In this document: positions 51,418 to 61,147 of the stretch, piece by piece | How the letters are laid out: every line of letters begins with the position of its first letter | Numbering within the stretch: the stretch's first letter is position 1 | From: Alphaproteobacteria bacterium | GTDB taxonomy: Bacteria; Pseudomonadota; Alphaproteobacteria; UBA828 | Direction: 5' to 3' | Assembly: GCA_965214705.1 (NCBI GenBank) | Contig: OZ243972.1 | Span: 2,848,001-2,912,000, forward strand | Length of the DNA: 64,000 nucleotides | Position numbers and translations under genes: made by a program | Notes under the pieces: generated by a model | The model's input: only the letters and a program-made list of their open reading frames with translations | The model's database searches: none | Told to the model about the DNA's origin: nothing

Positions 51418-51879
51418 ATGGCTGTGCAACTCGACGGCGTCGATCGGAATATCCTTGCGGCGATGCAGGAGGATGCGTCGCGCTCCCTCGACGACATTGC
51501 AGAGAAAGCCGGCGCCTCGCGGACACCCGTGTGGCACAGAATACGAAAGCTCCGGGCCGCGGGGATCATCAGGAAGAACACGGTGCTTCTCGACCCCGAC
51601 AAGCTGGGGCTGGAGGCGTGCTTCTTCGTGCTCATCCGGACCTCCGAGCACCAGAAGGACTGGCAGGAACGGTTTCTGGAGACGCTGAAGGGACGGCCGG
51701 AGGTGATGGAGGCCCACCGTCTGGCCGGCGACGTCGACTACATCCTGAAGGTCCGGGTGCGGAACGCCAGGGCCTACGACGATTTCTACCAGGCGCTCAT
51801 TTCCCAGGTGAAGATCTTCAACATCACCTCCCTGCTATCCATGGAGGAGATCAAGTCGACGACCGAGTTGCCTCTCTAA
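51418..51879 (+). CDS. Lrp/AsnC family regulator (DecR-like)
   Basis: 'LDGVDRNIL..MQ.DA', 'S.TPVW.RI', 'HRLAGDVDYILKV', 'MEEIK.TT.LP'. Confidence 0.93.
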   Translation: MAVQLDGVDRNILAAMQEDASRSLDDIAEKAGASRTPVWHRIRKLRAAGIIRKNTVLLDPDKLGLEACFFVLIRTSEHQKDWQERFLETLKGRPEVMEAHRLAGDVDYILKVRVRNARAYDDFYQALISQVKIFNITSLLSMEEIKSTTELPL

Positions 51880-51891
51880 GCGCTTGATGCT

Positions 51892-52092
51892 TGCAGTGGG
51901 CTCCTGAGACGGCACAGTTTCATGCGGCCGATTTGACCGGGGTGCGGGAGTGGTTCTCCTCGAAGCGGTTGGGGCTGAGGTATCCGAGCGCCGAGTGTAG
52001 GCGCCTCTCGTTGCAGCTGTCGATGAAGCGCGGCAGATGTTCCGCGACGTCGTCTACGCTCTCGAAGGCCATGGGATAGACGCCCTCGACCT
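51892..52092 (-). mobile_element. IS3-family right-end remnant
   Basis: 'TLKVE..N..RLHSALGYLSP..FE' OrfB C-terminus followed by an end TGTGCC...CACTGCA. Confidence 0.8.
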
Positions 52093-53520
52093 TCAGCGTC
52101 GTCTTGAGCGCCTTGTAGGCGTCGTTCGCGCCGAGGAAGTAGGCGTGGCGGACGAAGAAGCTCTCCTCGTTGTAGTCGGCGTCGACGAACCAGCAGGCGA
52201 TGCCGTCGGCGCCGTCGCTCCCCACCTCGCCGGTGTTGGGGTGGAAGACGTCCACGCCGTTGATCCGCACCCGGATGGTTTCGTCGCCGTCCGGCAGGAT
52301 GTCGATGTCGGGATCGCCGAAGATGACGAAGAGGTTGCCCTTGCCGGTGTTCTTGAGATCGCCGGCCATGTGCAGGTCGGCGTTCATGCGCGCCTTGAGC
52401 ACCGGGATTGGCCCCAGCTTTTCGAACTCGGCGGCGTGGGCGTCGTAGCTGGAGGCGCAGGCGATTAGCACGTCGAAGTCGGCTTCGGCGGTCTCGCGCG
52501 CGGCGGCGACCAGATCCGGCTTGGCGATGGTGCCGAACTCCGGCCCGATGAAGACGCCGGCACGCCGCGTGGCGCCTTCTTCGCCGCCGCCCTCCACATA
52601 GCGCCCCTCCGCGCAGACGTAGTGGCCGGGCCAAGGCGTGAGCGCGGTGAATTCGATGCGGTCCTCCCTGTGCGCCTGCTGCACACCGGCGGTCCGGAGG
52701 TTCTCCAGGATCATCTCGGTGAAGTTCGCCGCCTCGCCGTAGCCGAGCTTCTGGTCGGTGAGTGCGGAGAAGAACTCGTCGTTCTCGTCCACCGCCAGCA
52801 TGCGGTGCGGCGCCAGGCTCTCGACCGTGAAGGGGCCGGCGACGCGGATGCGCGCGTTGTCGACATAGGGCTTGTCGTAGAGATACTCGTGGTCCGCCTT
52901 GGCAGCGATGGAGGCGTCGATTTCCTTCTGGCGGGCGATGCGCGCTTCCCACCAGTCGGCGTGCGCGGCCGTGGCGTCGGCGGGCCAGTCGTCGCCAGCC
53001 TCGCGGGGGATTTCCCACTCTTCCCGCGCTTCGCCGAGAGCGGCGTTGAGGCGGGTGAGGAGCGGTTCCAGGGTCTCCTGCCAGCGCTCCCAGATCACGT
53101 CGATTTCGGCGTTGTTGGCGATGGATTTGAGGGTGATGTGCGGCACGCGCTCGTAGACGAAACCCTGGCGGATGTTGTTACCGGTCGGCGCCTCGGACGG
53201 CGCGCGCTGTGTGATCTCGGCTTCCTTCTTCTGCCCCTCGGGGCTGTCGGCGAGCAGATACCAGGGATAACGCGCGCCCATGATACGCGCCCGCGCCAGC
53301 GCCACGCGGGAGGTGTCAACGGTGATCTATTGCCGGCCCTACTGCTCGGACACGTAAGCCGTGGTGCCGGAGCCGCAGGTCGGGTCCAACACGAGATCGC
53401 CGGAGGCGGTGGTCTTCAGGATGCAGCATTCGATGGGCTTCGAGCCCGTTTGAACTACATACTTCTTGCCTAACGCAGGGGCCGCATCTAGCCAAATGTT
53501 GTGAATAGGAGAGGGGCTTC
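52093..53520 (-). pseudogene. Site-specific DNA methyltransferase remnant (Mod-like), with internal stops and truncations
   Basis: 'YVVQT', 'GDLVLDPTCGSGTTA', stops near 53330-53340, then 'ARARIM', 'VAGPFTVESL', 'NLFVIFG.P', 'FFVRHAYF'. Confidence 0.82.
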
Positions 53521-53561
53521 CCAAGGTTTGAGAGACACCCTCGGGACACGGCAAATTTGCG

Positions 53562-56018
53562 TCAATCAACAGATACGGAAGAGCCCTCAGGGTCTCCAGT
53601 ATTGTAGCGCTTCCAAACCGGCACGAACGATTCGAGCTTGTATCCCTTCGGCGTCGCACCCGACTCGAGCCGGATCGTGCACGGCGTGATCTTGAAGCGC
53701 TTGAGCAGCTTCGCCAGACCACGCGGAGATAGTGGCCGATTGCGTGAATATTCCGACCAAGGGTGCCCCTCCATTGCGATTAGTGCCGGGAGGATGGCGG
53801 GATTAAATTTGTCGTAGGCGGCGTCAGATTTGCCGGTTGGCAGATGCGGCGGATCCGCTGCTTCGTAAAACACCTGCCGCATATCGGCCAGCAGTATTTC
53901 TGCTATGTCCGTCTCATCGATGGTAGCAGCCGTGATGGCCATGCAGGCTCTCCACGCGCGACCGTTTGTCTCGGCCCACTCTCCGCCTGCGCATTCGGCG
54001 ATCGAATGCAACGGTGCCCAAGCGTCGCGGGCCCGGTCGTGGAGGCCGGGCGGGAAGACCACATCACGCCGTGGTTTAGCCAGCGACGCGCCATTGTCAT
54101 TCGTCCATCGGGCCATTTTCCGCCGGATGGCTTGCGTCTCTTCCTTATTGCGGTCCCCCCAGAACGGCATATTCTTGGCGCCCGACGTGCGACGTTCCAG
54201 CTCAATCACGATTGAGCGATCAAGTATTGTACCGGGAACAGTGCCGATTCCGACGATGACCTTGGGGCAGTATGTGGCAAAGCAAGCTGGTTGCCAAATG
54301 TCTCCCAGTTTGACCATGCGCAATGCTTGAGCGCCCTTTAGGCGTTGAGAGCCATTGATTAGGCCACGCAAGTTTTCATCTTCTCTAAGGTACGTATCGG
54401 CCTCGTCGAGAAGAATTGTTGGCCGATGCTGCTCGATCGTACGGAATAGAGCTGCCGATGTTGTGTGCCCGCTTAAGTTCAGCGGGCGAATTGCGAATTC
54501 CTCAATCACCTCCACCAACAGGGACTTGCCGCACCGCTTTGTCGCGCTTGTGATGTTCAGGAAGGTCGATATTTCCCATTGATTATGTGACCACGAATAC
54601 ATGACCCATAGTGCCGCGGTATCGGCCTGCGCCTCCGACATGTCGACATGGAATTTGAACTGTGCGGCCAGTTCACCTAGCAATTCGTCACCGTTTACTT
54701 TGTCGTGCCAGAGCTCATCCTCCGGCCACTCCAATGTCTGCCCTCGCGAGGCTAGGAGTTCCAGATCTTGGCTCCTCTTTTTCAGTTCTCTGTCAAGCTC
54801 TCCGACAGGCACCTTAGCCTTGAACCGCAGACTGGCTCTAAGGCGCATCCACGAGGCCATGTTGGTGTGCTTAAGTTTCCTTATCTTCTCTACGATTTCC
54901 GGCTCGAACGGAGCGCCGGGGTCATTCTCCGCTCGCTTAAGGAGATCTTTAGTCCAGTCCGTGCTGTCTGCTATATCCGTCGTATCTGTGGCTTCGCCTG
55001 CGTCCGGTGAGTCCGGCGCGTTTGGGGCCGCGCGCTCATCCGGCGTGTCTGCGGTACCGCCGGCACCCGGCGTGTCCGCGGCTTCGCCCGAGCCCGGTGT
55101 AACTGCGACTTGGAGCTTCGGCGGCTCGTAGTCCTTCGCCAGGCCCTTGAGCCAGTTGGCGGCGCCTTCGGTGCCGCCCTTCTCGAACTCGTCGGCAATG
55201 TCGTCACCGCTTTCGCCGAGGGGGAGCGCGACGCGCACCTTGCACTCGTGCTTCACGAGAAGTTGAACGATTCCAGTCATCGCCTCGCGCCCGGTCTCGT
55301 CGGCGTCCGAGACGAGCAGGACCTTGCGGCCGTAGATCGGCGAGAAATCGGTGAGCCGCCATGATTGGGTGCCGTGTGACCAAGTGGTGACGCAGGCTTT
55401 CGGAAACGCCTCGAGCGTCGCGTGGACGCACTTCTCGCCCTCGACGACGATGACCTGCTGGCCCTTGGGGGCCTTTAGGAGCCGGGGCAGAAGGTAGAGC
55501 GGGCGATCCTTCTTCATGAGGTTCTTGATGATCCAGCCGCGTTTGTTCCCCTTCTTGCCGCGCGTGTAGGGCCAGAACCTCCTTTTGCCGTCGGGGCCCG
55601 GCGGGAGCTTCGCGATTTTGAACTTGAGCCGGCCTTCAGCGTCCACGTAATCCCAAATCGCGAGCGCGTTCCGGGGCAGCTCGGTAACGAACGGAGGTTG
55701 TTTAGGCTTGGCGTTGGCCTTGTGATCCGGGGAGCGGTCGAGGCCTTCACGGCTCGGTTGTGCCCCATTAGAAGGCGACCCTTTGTGCAAGCGAAGGGCC
55801 GCCTTCTTAGTGAGTTTACGGGCCTTCTCGAGGTAGGTGACGCAATCACCCCCCTCGCCACAGCCAAAGCACTTGTAGAGGCCTCCTTTCCCCTTCTCGA
55901 GATCGATGCTGAAGGATGGGGTCTTCTCTTGGTGGAAGGGACAGAGCGCCACCCACCGGCTGCCTTCCTTGCGCGGCTCGATGCCGTCCTCGCGGAGGTA
56001 GTCGAGCAACGTCTTCAC
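53562..56018 (-). CDS. Satellite/phage primase: CHC2 zinc finger + Toprim + DUF3631-like domain
   Basis: 'CPFHQEKTPSF..CFGCG', 'VVEGEK', 'DADETG', 'KRCGKS', 'LLDEAD', 'KGY'. Confidence 0.88.
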   Translation of the reverse strand: MKTLLDYLREDGIEPRKEGSRWVALCPFHQEKTPSFSIDLEKGKGGLYKCFGCGEGGDCVTYLEKARKLTKKAALRLHKGSPSNGAQPSREGLDRSPDHKANAKPKQPPFVTELPRNALAIWDYVDAEGRLKFKIAKLPPGPDGKRRFWPYTRGKKGNKRGWIIKNLMKKDRPLYLLPRLLKAPKGQQVIVVEGEKCVHATLEAFPKACVTTWSHGTQSWRLTDFSPIYGRKVLLVSDADETGREAMTGIVQLLVKHECKVRVALPLGESGDDIADEFEKGGTEGAANWLKGLAKDYEPPKLQVAVTPGSGEAADTPGAGGTADTPDERAAPNAPDSPDAGEATDTTDIADSTDWTKDLLKRAENDPGAPFEPEIVEKIRKLKHTNMASWMRLRASLRFKAKVPVGELDRELKKRSQDLELLASRGQTLEWPEDELWHDKVNGDELLGELAAQFKFHVDMSEAQADTAALWVMYSWSHNQWEISTFLNITSATKRCGKSLLVEVIEEFAIRPLNLSGHTTSAALFRTIEQHRPTILLDEADTYLREDENLRGLINGSQRLKGAQALRMVKLGDIWQPACFATYCPKVIVGIGTVPGTILDRSIVIELERRTSGAKNMPFWGDRNKEETQAIRRKMARWTNDNGASLAKPRRDVVFPPGLHDRARDAWAPLHSIAECAGGEWAETNGRAWRACMAITAATIDETDIAEILLADMRQVFYEAADPPHLPTGKSDAAYDKFNPAILPALIAMEGHPWSEYSRNRPLSPRGLAKLLKRFKITPCTIRLESGATPKGYKLESFVPVWKRYNTGDPEGSSVSVD

Positions 56019-56455
56019 GGGGGCAAGATCCCGCAGAGGCCCGCGATCTGCTCGAACCAGCCTTCAGGGTAGCCCTGCTCGTGGCGGATCCGCTCGATCT
56101 CCACACAGGGATCGTGGGACCGCCGCGCCTCGCGGATCCGGCGCTCGACGTCCGAGCTCCTAGGCTTCTTGCCGCCGCTCTCGCCGTGCTTGGTCTTCGG
56201 CAGGACCTCCTGCAGCTCGACGCCCACCTCGAGCACAGTCTTGGTCGCCGGCGGTGTCCCGCAGGTCGGGCATGCGGGCTTGCGGGCAGGGTAGACCGTG
56301 GCGCTGTTGCGAGCGCCGCGGGTGCGGGCTAAGTTATTTGCGGTCTCGTGTCGATTATGAGATCCGCCGCGCCCGTCCTGGACCCTGCATCCAGGCGGGC
56401 GCGTTCCTTTTCGAACCATAGGATCATGACTTGCCCGCGTGCTGGCGCTTCGCAT
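56015..56455 (-). CDS. Hypothetical satellite protein (CPTC motif)
   Basis: ORF between alpA and primase, overlapping both; start uncertain. Confidence 0.5.
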   Translation of the reverse strand: MRSASTRASHDPMVRKGTRPPGCRVQDGRGGSHNRHETANNLARTRGARNSATVYPARKPACPTCGTPPATKTVLEVGVELQEVLPKTKHGESGGKKPRSSDVERRIREARRSHDPCVEIERIRHEQGYPEGWFEQIAGLCGILPP

Positions 56456-56669
56456 CGGGGAGATCTGCCAGCCACTTCTGGATGTCGGAGAGGCGCCACG
56501 CGACTGCGCCGTTTGACCCAGGCCCGATACGCTTTGGAAGCGGAAAGCGCCCCTCTCGCATTGCGGCGTAGAGTCGCGAGGTGCTCATGCAGGTTATCTC
56601 CTCGACCTCGGGCCGGCGTAGCAGCCTGTCCGCCATCAGGTCGGTTGCTGGTGTGCCATTTGTGGCCAT
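56424..56669 (-). CDS. alpA: AlpA family phage regulator/excisionase
   Basis: 'LLRRPEVEEIT.MS.SRLY..M..GRFP.P..IG...VAW..SDI..W'. Confidence 0.9.
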   Translation of the reverse strand: MATNGTPATDLMADRLLRRPEVEEITCMSTSRLYAAMREGRFPLPKRIGPGSNGAVAWRLSDIQKWLADLPDAKRQHAGKS

Positions 56670-56984
56670 GGGCCCGCTCCTGTTCATCGAACTTGCCCAG
56701 GAATAGGTAATAATTGCTGCCCGCACGAGAGACAGAATTCGCGGAATTGTGTCCCTGTTAGGAGACCGCGTCTGCCTTCGCCTCCCTCTTCTTCGCCTTC
56801 TTCCTCACCCGGTCCCGTATTTTTGCCGTGAAAGTTTCTTCGGGACGGGCACGAGTAGGGGAATTACGACGAGGCGTCGCGTTGTCGGCGTGAGGCCGCG
56901 CTCGCGGCGCTTGGAGACGCGGTCGGACTTCGGGCTGCCCTGGATTGTGGCCCGGTGCCGACCGTGCTCCGACCAGGTAATGCT

Positions 56985-58247
56985 TCAGGCGGTCGCGGCC
57001 ATGGCAGTTGGGATACGACCGGGCTCGAGCAAGCCGTGCCGGCGGAGCATGCGGATCCAGCGCGGGGCATTTCGCCTGACCATGAGGGCTTCGTAGTCGG
57101 CTTCCGGATCGTAGTAAGGCTTGGCGTCGCGCAACACGACGTAGAGGACCCGCAGCATCTTGTGCGCGGTGGCGACGATGGCCCGCTTGTAACCGCGTCG
57201 GATCATGAGAGCCTTGTGGTAGCCGCGGAACTGGCAGCCATGGGTTCGCGCCGCGCCATGAGCGCATTCGACGAGCACGGCGCGCAGGGTCTTGCTGCCC
57301 ATGCGTGTGCGGGCGGCACGGCGCTTTCCGGCGCTTTGGCTGTTGCCGGGACAGAGACCGGCCCATGCGGCAAGCCGATCAGTGGAGCCGAAGGCGTCGA
57401 GGTCGGGGCCGATCTCGGCGAGGATGGCGCAGGCCGAGGCCCGGTCGATCCCGGGGATGGTCTGGAGAAGCAGGATGCGGTCCTCCCAGGGCACGAAGCC
57501 ATCGTCGATGGCCCGGTCGAACCCCTGGATGCGCTCCTCCAGCGCATCGTGCTCGCGAAGCAGATCGCACAGGATCAGGCGGTCCGCAGCGCTGAGGGAG
57601 AGGCTGAGGGCGTCGCCGAGCCGCTCGACCTTGTGCGCCACATGGTGGCTGAGCGAGGCCAGGATGGCGTCCGGTCCGAGCCCCTCAGCCAAGCCGTCGA
57701 GAACCCGTCTCCCGTTCGTGCCGAAGACGTCGGAGAGGACACCGCCGACGCGCACGCCGCTGCGGTCCAGGACCTTCTGCACCCGATTGCGCACCCGGCT
57801 GCGCTGACCGACGAGGGCGCGCCGGTAGCGGGTAAGTGCGCGCATCTCCCGGAACGCCTTGGGCGGCACGTGGCTGGGGCTTGCCAGACCGAACTGACAG
57901 ACCCGCGCCAGCCAGACGCTGTCCGCCACATCGGTCTTGCGGCCCTTCAGCTGCTTGACCTGCCGGGCGTTGACCAGCACCACGGAGATGCCGGCCGCCT
58001 CCAGCGCTTCGAACGGTGCCACCCAGTAGATGCCGGTGCCCTCCATCACTGCGGCATCGACTTTGCGCGCGAGCATCCATGCCACCATCTCGTCGATGCC
58101 GCTGGGCAGAGCCTCGAAGGTCCGCGTCGCGATCTGCGGCTCGCCGCCGCCGGGTGCACAGATGCGGATCGATGTGGTGATCTGCATCTTGTGCACGTCA
58201 ATGCCGGCGGCACGAGCATGGACGACGTGCAGTGTGTCGGTTCTCAT
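56985..58247 (-). CDS. IS110-family transposase/recombinase
   Basis: DEDD motifs 'GIDVHK', 'MEGTGIYW', 'KTDVADS'; 'IPGI', 'AGLCPG..QSAG', 'AHKML'. Confidence 0.95.
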   Translation of the reverse strand: MRTDTLHVVHARAAGIDVHKMQITTSIRICAPGGGEPQIATRTFEALPSGIDEMVAWMLARKVDAAVMEGTGIYWVAPFEALEAAGISVVLVNARQVKQLKGRKTDVADSVWLARVCQFGLASPSHVPPKAFREMRALTRYRRALVGQRSRVRNRVQKVLDRSGVRVGGVLSDVFGTNGRRVLDGLAEGLGPDAILASLSHHVAHKVERLGDALSLSLSAADRLILCDLLREHDALEERIQGFDRAIDDGFVPWEDRILLLQTIPGIDRASACAILAEIGPDLDAFGSTDRLAAWAGLCPGNSQSAGKRRAARTRMGSKTLRAVLVECAHGAARTHGCQFRGYHKALMIRRGYKRAIVATAHKMLRVLYVVLRDAKPYYDPEADYEALMVRRNAPRWIRMLRRHGLLEPGRIPTAMAATA

Positions 58248-58562
58248 GATCTCACCTCTCGCTTGGGGAAGGCGGAGGCGGACGGGCCGGTCGGACTGAA
58301 CACACACCCGCCTCGGGTGCGGTGCGGTTTGCCGCGCGTCCACGGCTCGGCGGCCGGGAACAATCCGGGGCTCGGAGCCGACCGGCCGGGGCCAGTTTTT
58401 GATCGGGAAGCAGTGCTCACCACTAAAACGACGGCCATTGTGCCGCCTCCACCGACCGTGACTCTAATGCCGCTATGCCACGCAGGGGCAGCGTTCATTC
58501 CCTCGACCGAGGCACCGGACTTTCATCATCCGGGGTGGATCGCTACACGCCGGCCATGTCTG
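58248..58562 (-). ncRNA. Putative bridge RNA region of the IS110 element
   Basis: Contains ATCAAAAA (equal to target flank) and CGGCAAAC (equal to circle junction) next to hairpins; exact RNA ends unknown. Confidence 0.68.
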
Positions 58563-59344
58563 TTTTTGATGGTCTCCGGGTCCGCATCGATGAGGCCTTC
58601 CTTTCGACACGCCGCTGCAACTATCTCCAGCGCATCCTTCAGTTTCGAGTTTGTCAGCTTGACCAAGATATCGATTGCCAAAGTAATCTTCTGGTCGCGC
58701 CTCCAATTCATCGGCTTCGGTCCCCGTCGGCGCTCTGGACGATCAGTGAACAGCGCGGTGCTCACCCAATTTCGCAGACTGGGCGGAATCGGCTCACCCA
58801 AACTGACAATCAAAGCCACGAGATGACGCAATAAACTGTCGGCTCGCGGGTCGGTCTTGGCCTGTTCCAGCCACTTTCGGCATTGCAGACATGCGTCGAA
58901 CCGGTAGTAGACATCGAGCATGCTGATAGCCTTGTAGCGCACAATGGCGTCTTGGTAGGTCAATCCGGCTAGCGTTCCGTCCCCGACATTCAAGATGTGC
59001 CTGGCCATCAACTCGCGCCGAGAGTCGATCTTCTCCGCTGCCTCTCTATCTCTCGACGCAGGCTCCAAGAATGGACTAAAGCGCTTCTCTTCAGTGGCCG
59101 CTACATTCCAGCCCCGATCAAACTCTGGATCATCATCCCCTCCGTCGTTAGGTTTTGGATTATCAACGACCAAGCTTTGGCACGCTTTGAAGTGGTCGAT
59201 CCGATCTTTCTCACTTAGGTATTGCTTCAGGTCCGCCAAGCTGTGTTCGATCAAGAAGGGGCCATCCTCATAGACGAGGGCGTGGAGGCGAGGAGGGACA
59301 GGGGGCGAGCACCCTTCCAGGCAGGGGCAACGTGGCCTATCCAA
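58563..59344 (-). pseudogene. Hypothetical island gene interrupted near its 3' end by IS110 (tail at 56758-56821); start uncertain
   Basis: Lower-GC ORF downstream of the integrase; frame continues across the IS junction. Confidence 0.6.
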
Positions 59345-60529
59345 GGTGGCGCACCATCGGCACGACGCGTCCTTCCTCGCCCTCCAGGTAGGCCGCCCAT
59401 TGCTCCATAAGAGCGCGGCGCTTCTCGAGCAGCGTAGACCGCGCGTAGGCCGCCTCGACGGCGTTGCCCACTGCGTGGGCCAAGCAAAGCTCCATGACCG
59501 CGTGTGGCGCGTTCGTACACTCGCCCGCCCAGTCCCGGAAGCTCGACTGGAAGCCGTGGACGGTGGTGCGATCGGCGAATTCGAGATCGCGCAGCAGCTT
59601 GGTCAGTGTCATGTCACTCATCGGCTTGCCCGGCCGCAGAGGCGACGGAAATACGAGGTCGCTACCGAAATGTTGGAAGGACTTGGCTTCCGCCAAAATC
59701 GCCATGGCCCGAGGCGAGAGGGGCACCCGGTGCTCGACCTTGGCCTTAATGCGTTCCGCTGGGACGGTCCAGGTGGCGGCGTCCATATTTATCTCTGACC
59801 AGAACGCCCCACGCGCCTCGCCGCTGCGCGCGGCCGTCAGGATCAGGAACTCGAGACACCACTTCGACGCCAGGGAGGCTCTCGATCACCGCACCGCCTC
59901 GATCACCTTATGCACCTCTTCGTAGGGCATCGCTCGAAAATGGTTTTTGACTCTCGGCATGGGCGGCAGAGCACCGTCGATGGTCTCGCCGGCGACGTTA
60001 TTCTCGACATACCCGTGAGCCATGGCCCACTTGAGGATCGTGCAGACGCGCTGCCGCACGCGCCGCGCGCTTTCCATGCGTACATGCCAATGGGTGTAAG
60101 GATTCGCAGCATGTCCTCTCGGCCGATCCGGTCAACGGGCATGTCGCCGATGACCGGAAAGGCGTGCCGCTCAAGCGACTGCCACCAGCCCACCGTGCGC
60201 TTGCCGTTCCGCCATCGCGGCTTGTTAGCCTCGAACGTTCGTTCCGCAGCCTCGCGAAACGTGGGTGTAGCGACCTTGCGCTTCTTGGCGAGCGGGTCGC
60301 CGCCGGCCGCGATCAACCTGCGGTTGTGGGCTACAGCCTCGCGAGCCTGGGCAAGTCCGACATCTGGGAACCGCCCCAGACCGATATCTCGCCGCTTGCC
60401 TGCGACCACCACGCGCTGGATCCACGACCGTGCGCCGGTGCGTGAGATCTTGAGGTAGAGTCCGGCTCCGTCGCCGTGCAAGCTGGGCGTCTTCAGGCTC
60501 CGTATCCTCGCTGCTGTCAGTTTCGGCAT
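59337..60529 (-). pseudogene. P4-like integrase, inactivated
   Basis: Arm-binding 'DGAGLYL..RSW..IGLG.FP'; frameshift near 60085, in-frame TGA at 59886, 'TAARSGE', HGFR changed to 'HGFQ', 'LAH..AY'. Confidence 0.9.
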
Positions 60530-60668
60530 TTCCCATCCCCACATTCGTGCCAACATCAATGTTGGGAATATATGTAAAGCGCTGAGAACACGCGGGAGAG
60601 ATTGTCTCTATAAGATACTGAAGTAGGGGAGTTTTTAGAACTTTCCGAAAGCACTTGGGGAAGGAGAT

Positions 60669-60756
60669 TGGCGGAGGGACGGGGATTCGAACCCCGGACA
60701 CCTCTCGGTGAACACGCTTTCCAGGCGTGCGCCTTAAACCACTCGGCCATCCCTCC
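60669..60756 (-). tRNA. tRNA-Ser(GGA)
   Basis: GGAGGGATGGCCGAGTGG...CT-GGA-AA...long variable arm...GGTTCGAATCC...CCGCCA. Confidence 0.97.
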
Positions 60757-60832
60757 GCGGGGGCGGAACAATAGCAACAACCCCTGGCGCTGCAATATCG
60801 GAGACACCATATAGGCCGAAAGGAGGCGTCAT

Positions 60833-61135
60833 ATGGTGATTCTTCGGCTTGTCGGGGTCGTGCTCTGCCTGATGTTCCTCGCGGTGCTCGGCCATGAGAT
60901 CTACGGTGCGGCAACGGGCAGCGGCTATCGCCTGATTTCGGGCGGCGAGTTGTGGTTCCGCTTCGACGGGAACAGCCTTGTCGGTTTCCAGGCCCTGATC
61001 GAGAAGAACATCGCCCCCTGGCTCTGGTCGGACATCGTGCTGCCGGTGCTGCGCGGGCCGGCCTGGGCGATTCCCCTGGTGCCGGCGGCGCTGATGCTCG
61101 TGTTCGCGAGACCCCGGCGCCGTCAATACGCCTGA
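60833..61135 (+). CDS. Small hypothetical membrane protein
   Basis: AGGAGG RBS; two hydrophobic segments; 'GELW..SL..FQ..IE...PWLW'. Confidence 0.75.
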   Translation: MVILRLVGVVLCLMFLAVLGHEIYGAATGSGYRLISGGELWFRFDGNSLVGFQALIEKNIAPWLWSDIVLPVLRGPAWAIPLVPAALMLVFARPRRRQYA

Positions 61136-61147
61136 TCCAGCAGCGGC

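Larger units (their letters stand above)
56822..58562 (-). mobile_element. IS110-family element, IS110 group
   Basis: Ends CAGACATGGCC...CTTTCACGGCAAA inside an A-run; removal rejoins the interrupted ORF as ETIKKIRDRV; long upstream non-coding region. Confidence 0.82.

Noticed and set aside
59880-60090. Programmed frameshift or read-through in the integrase
   Set aside because: Several independent lesions, including loss of the catalytic Arg, point to decay
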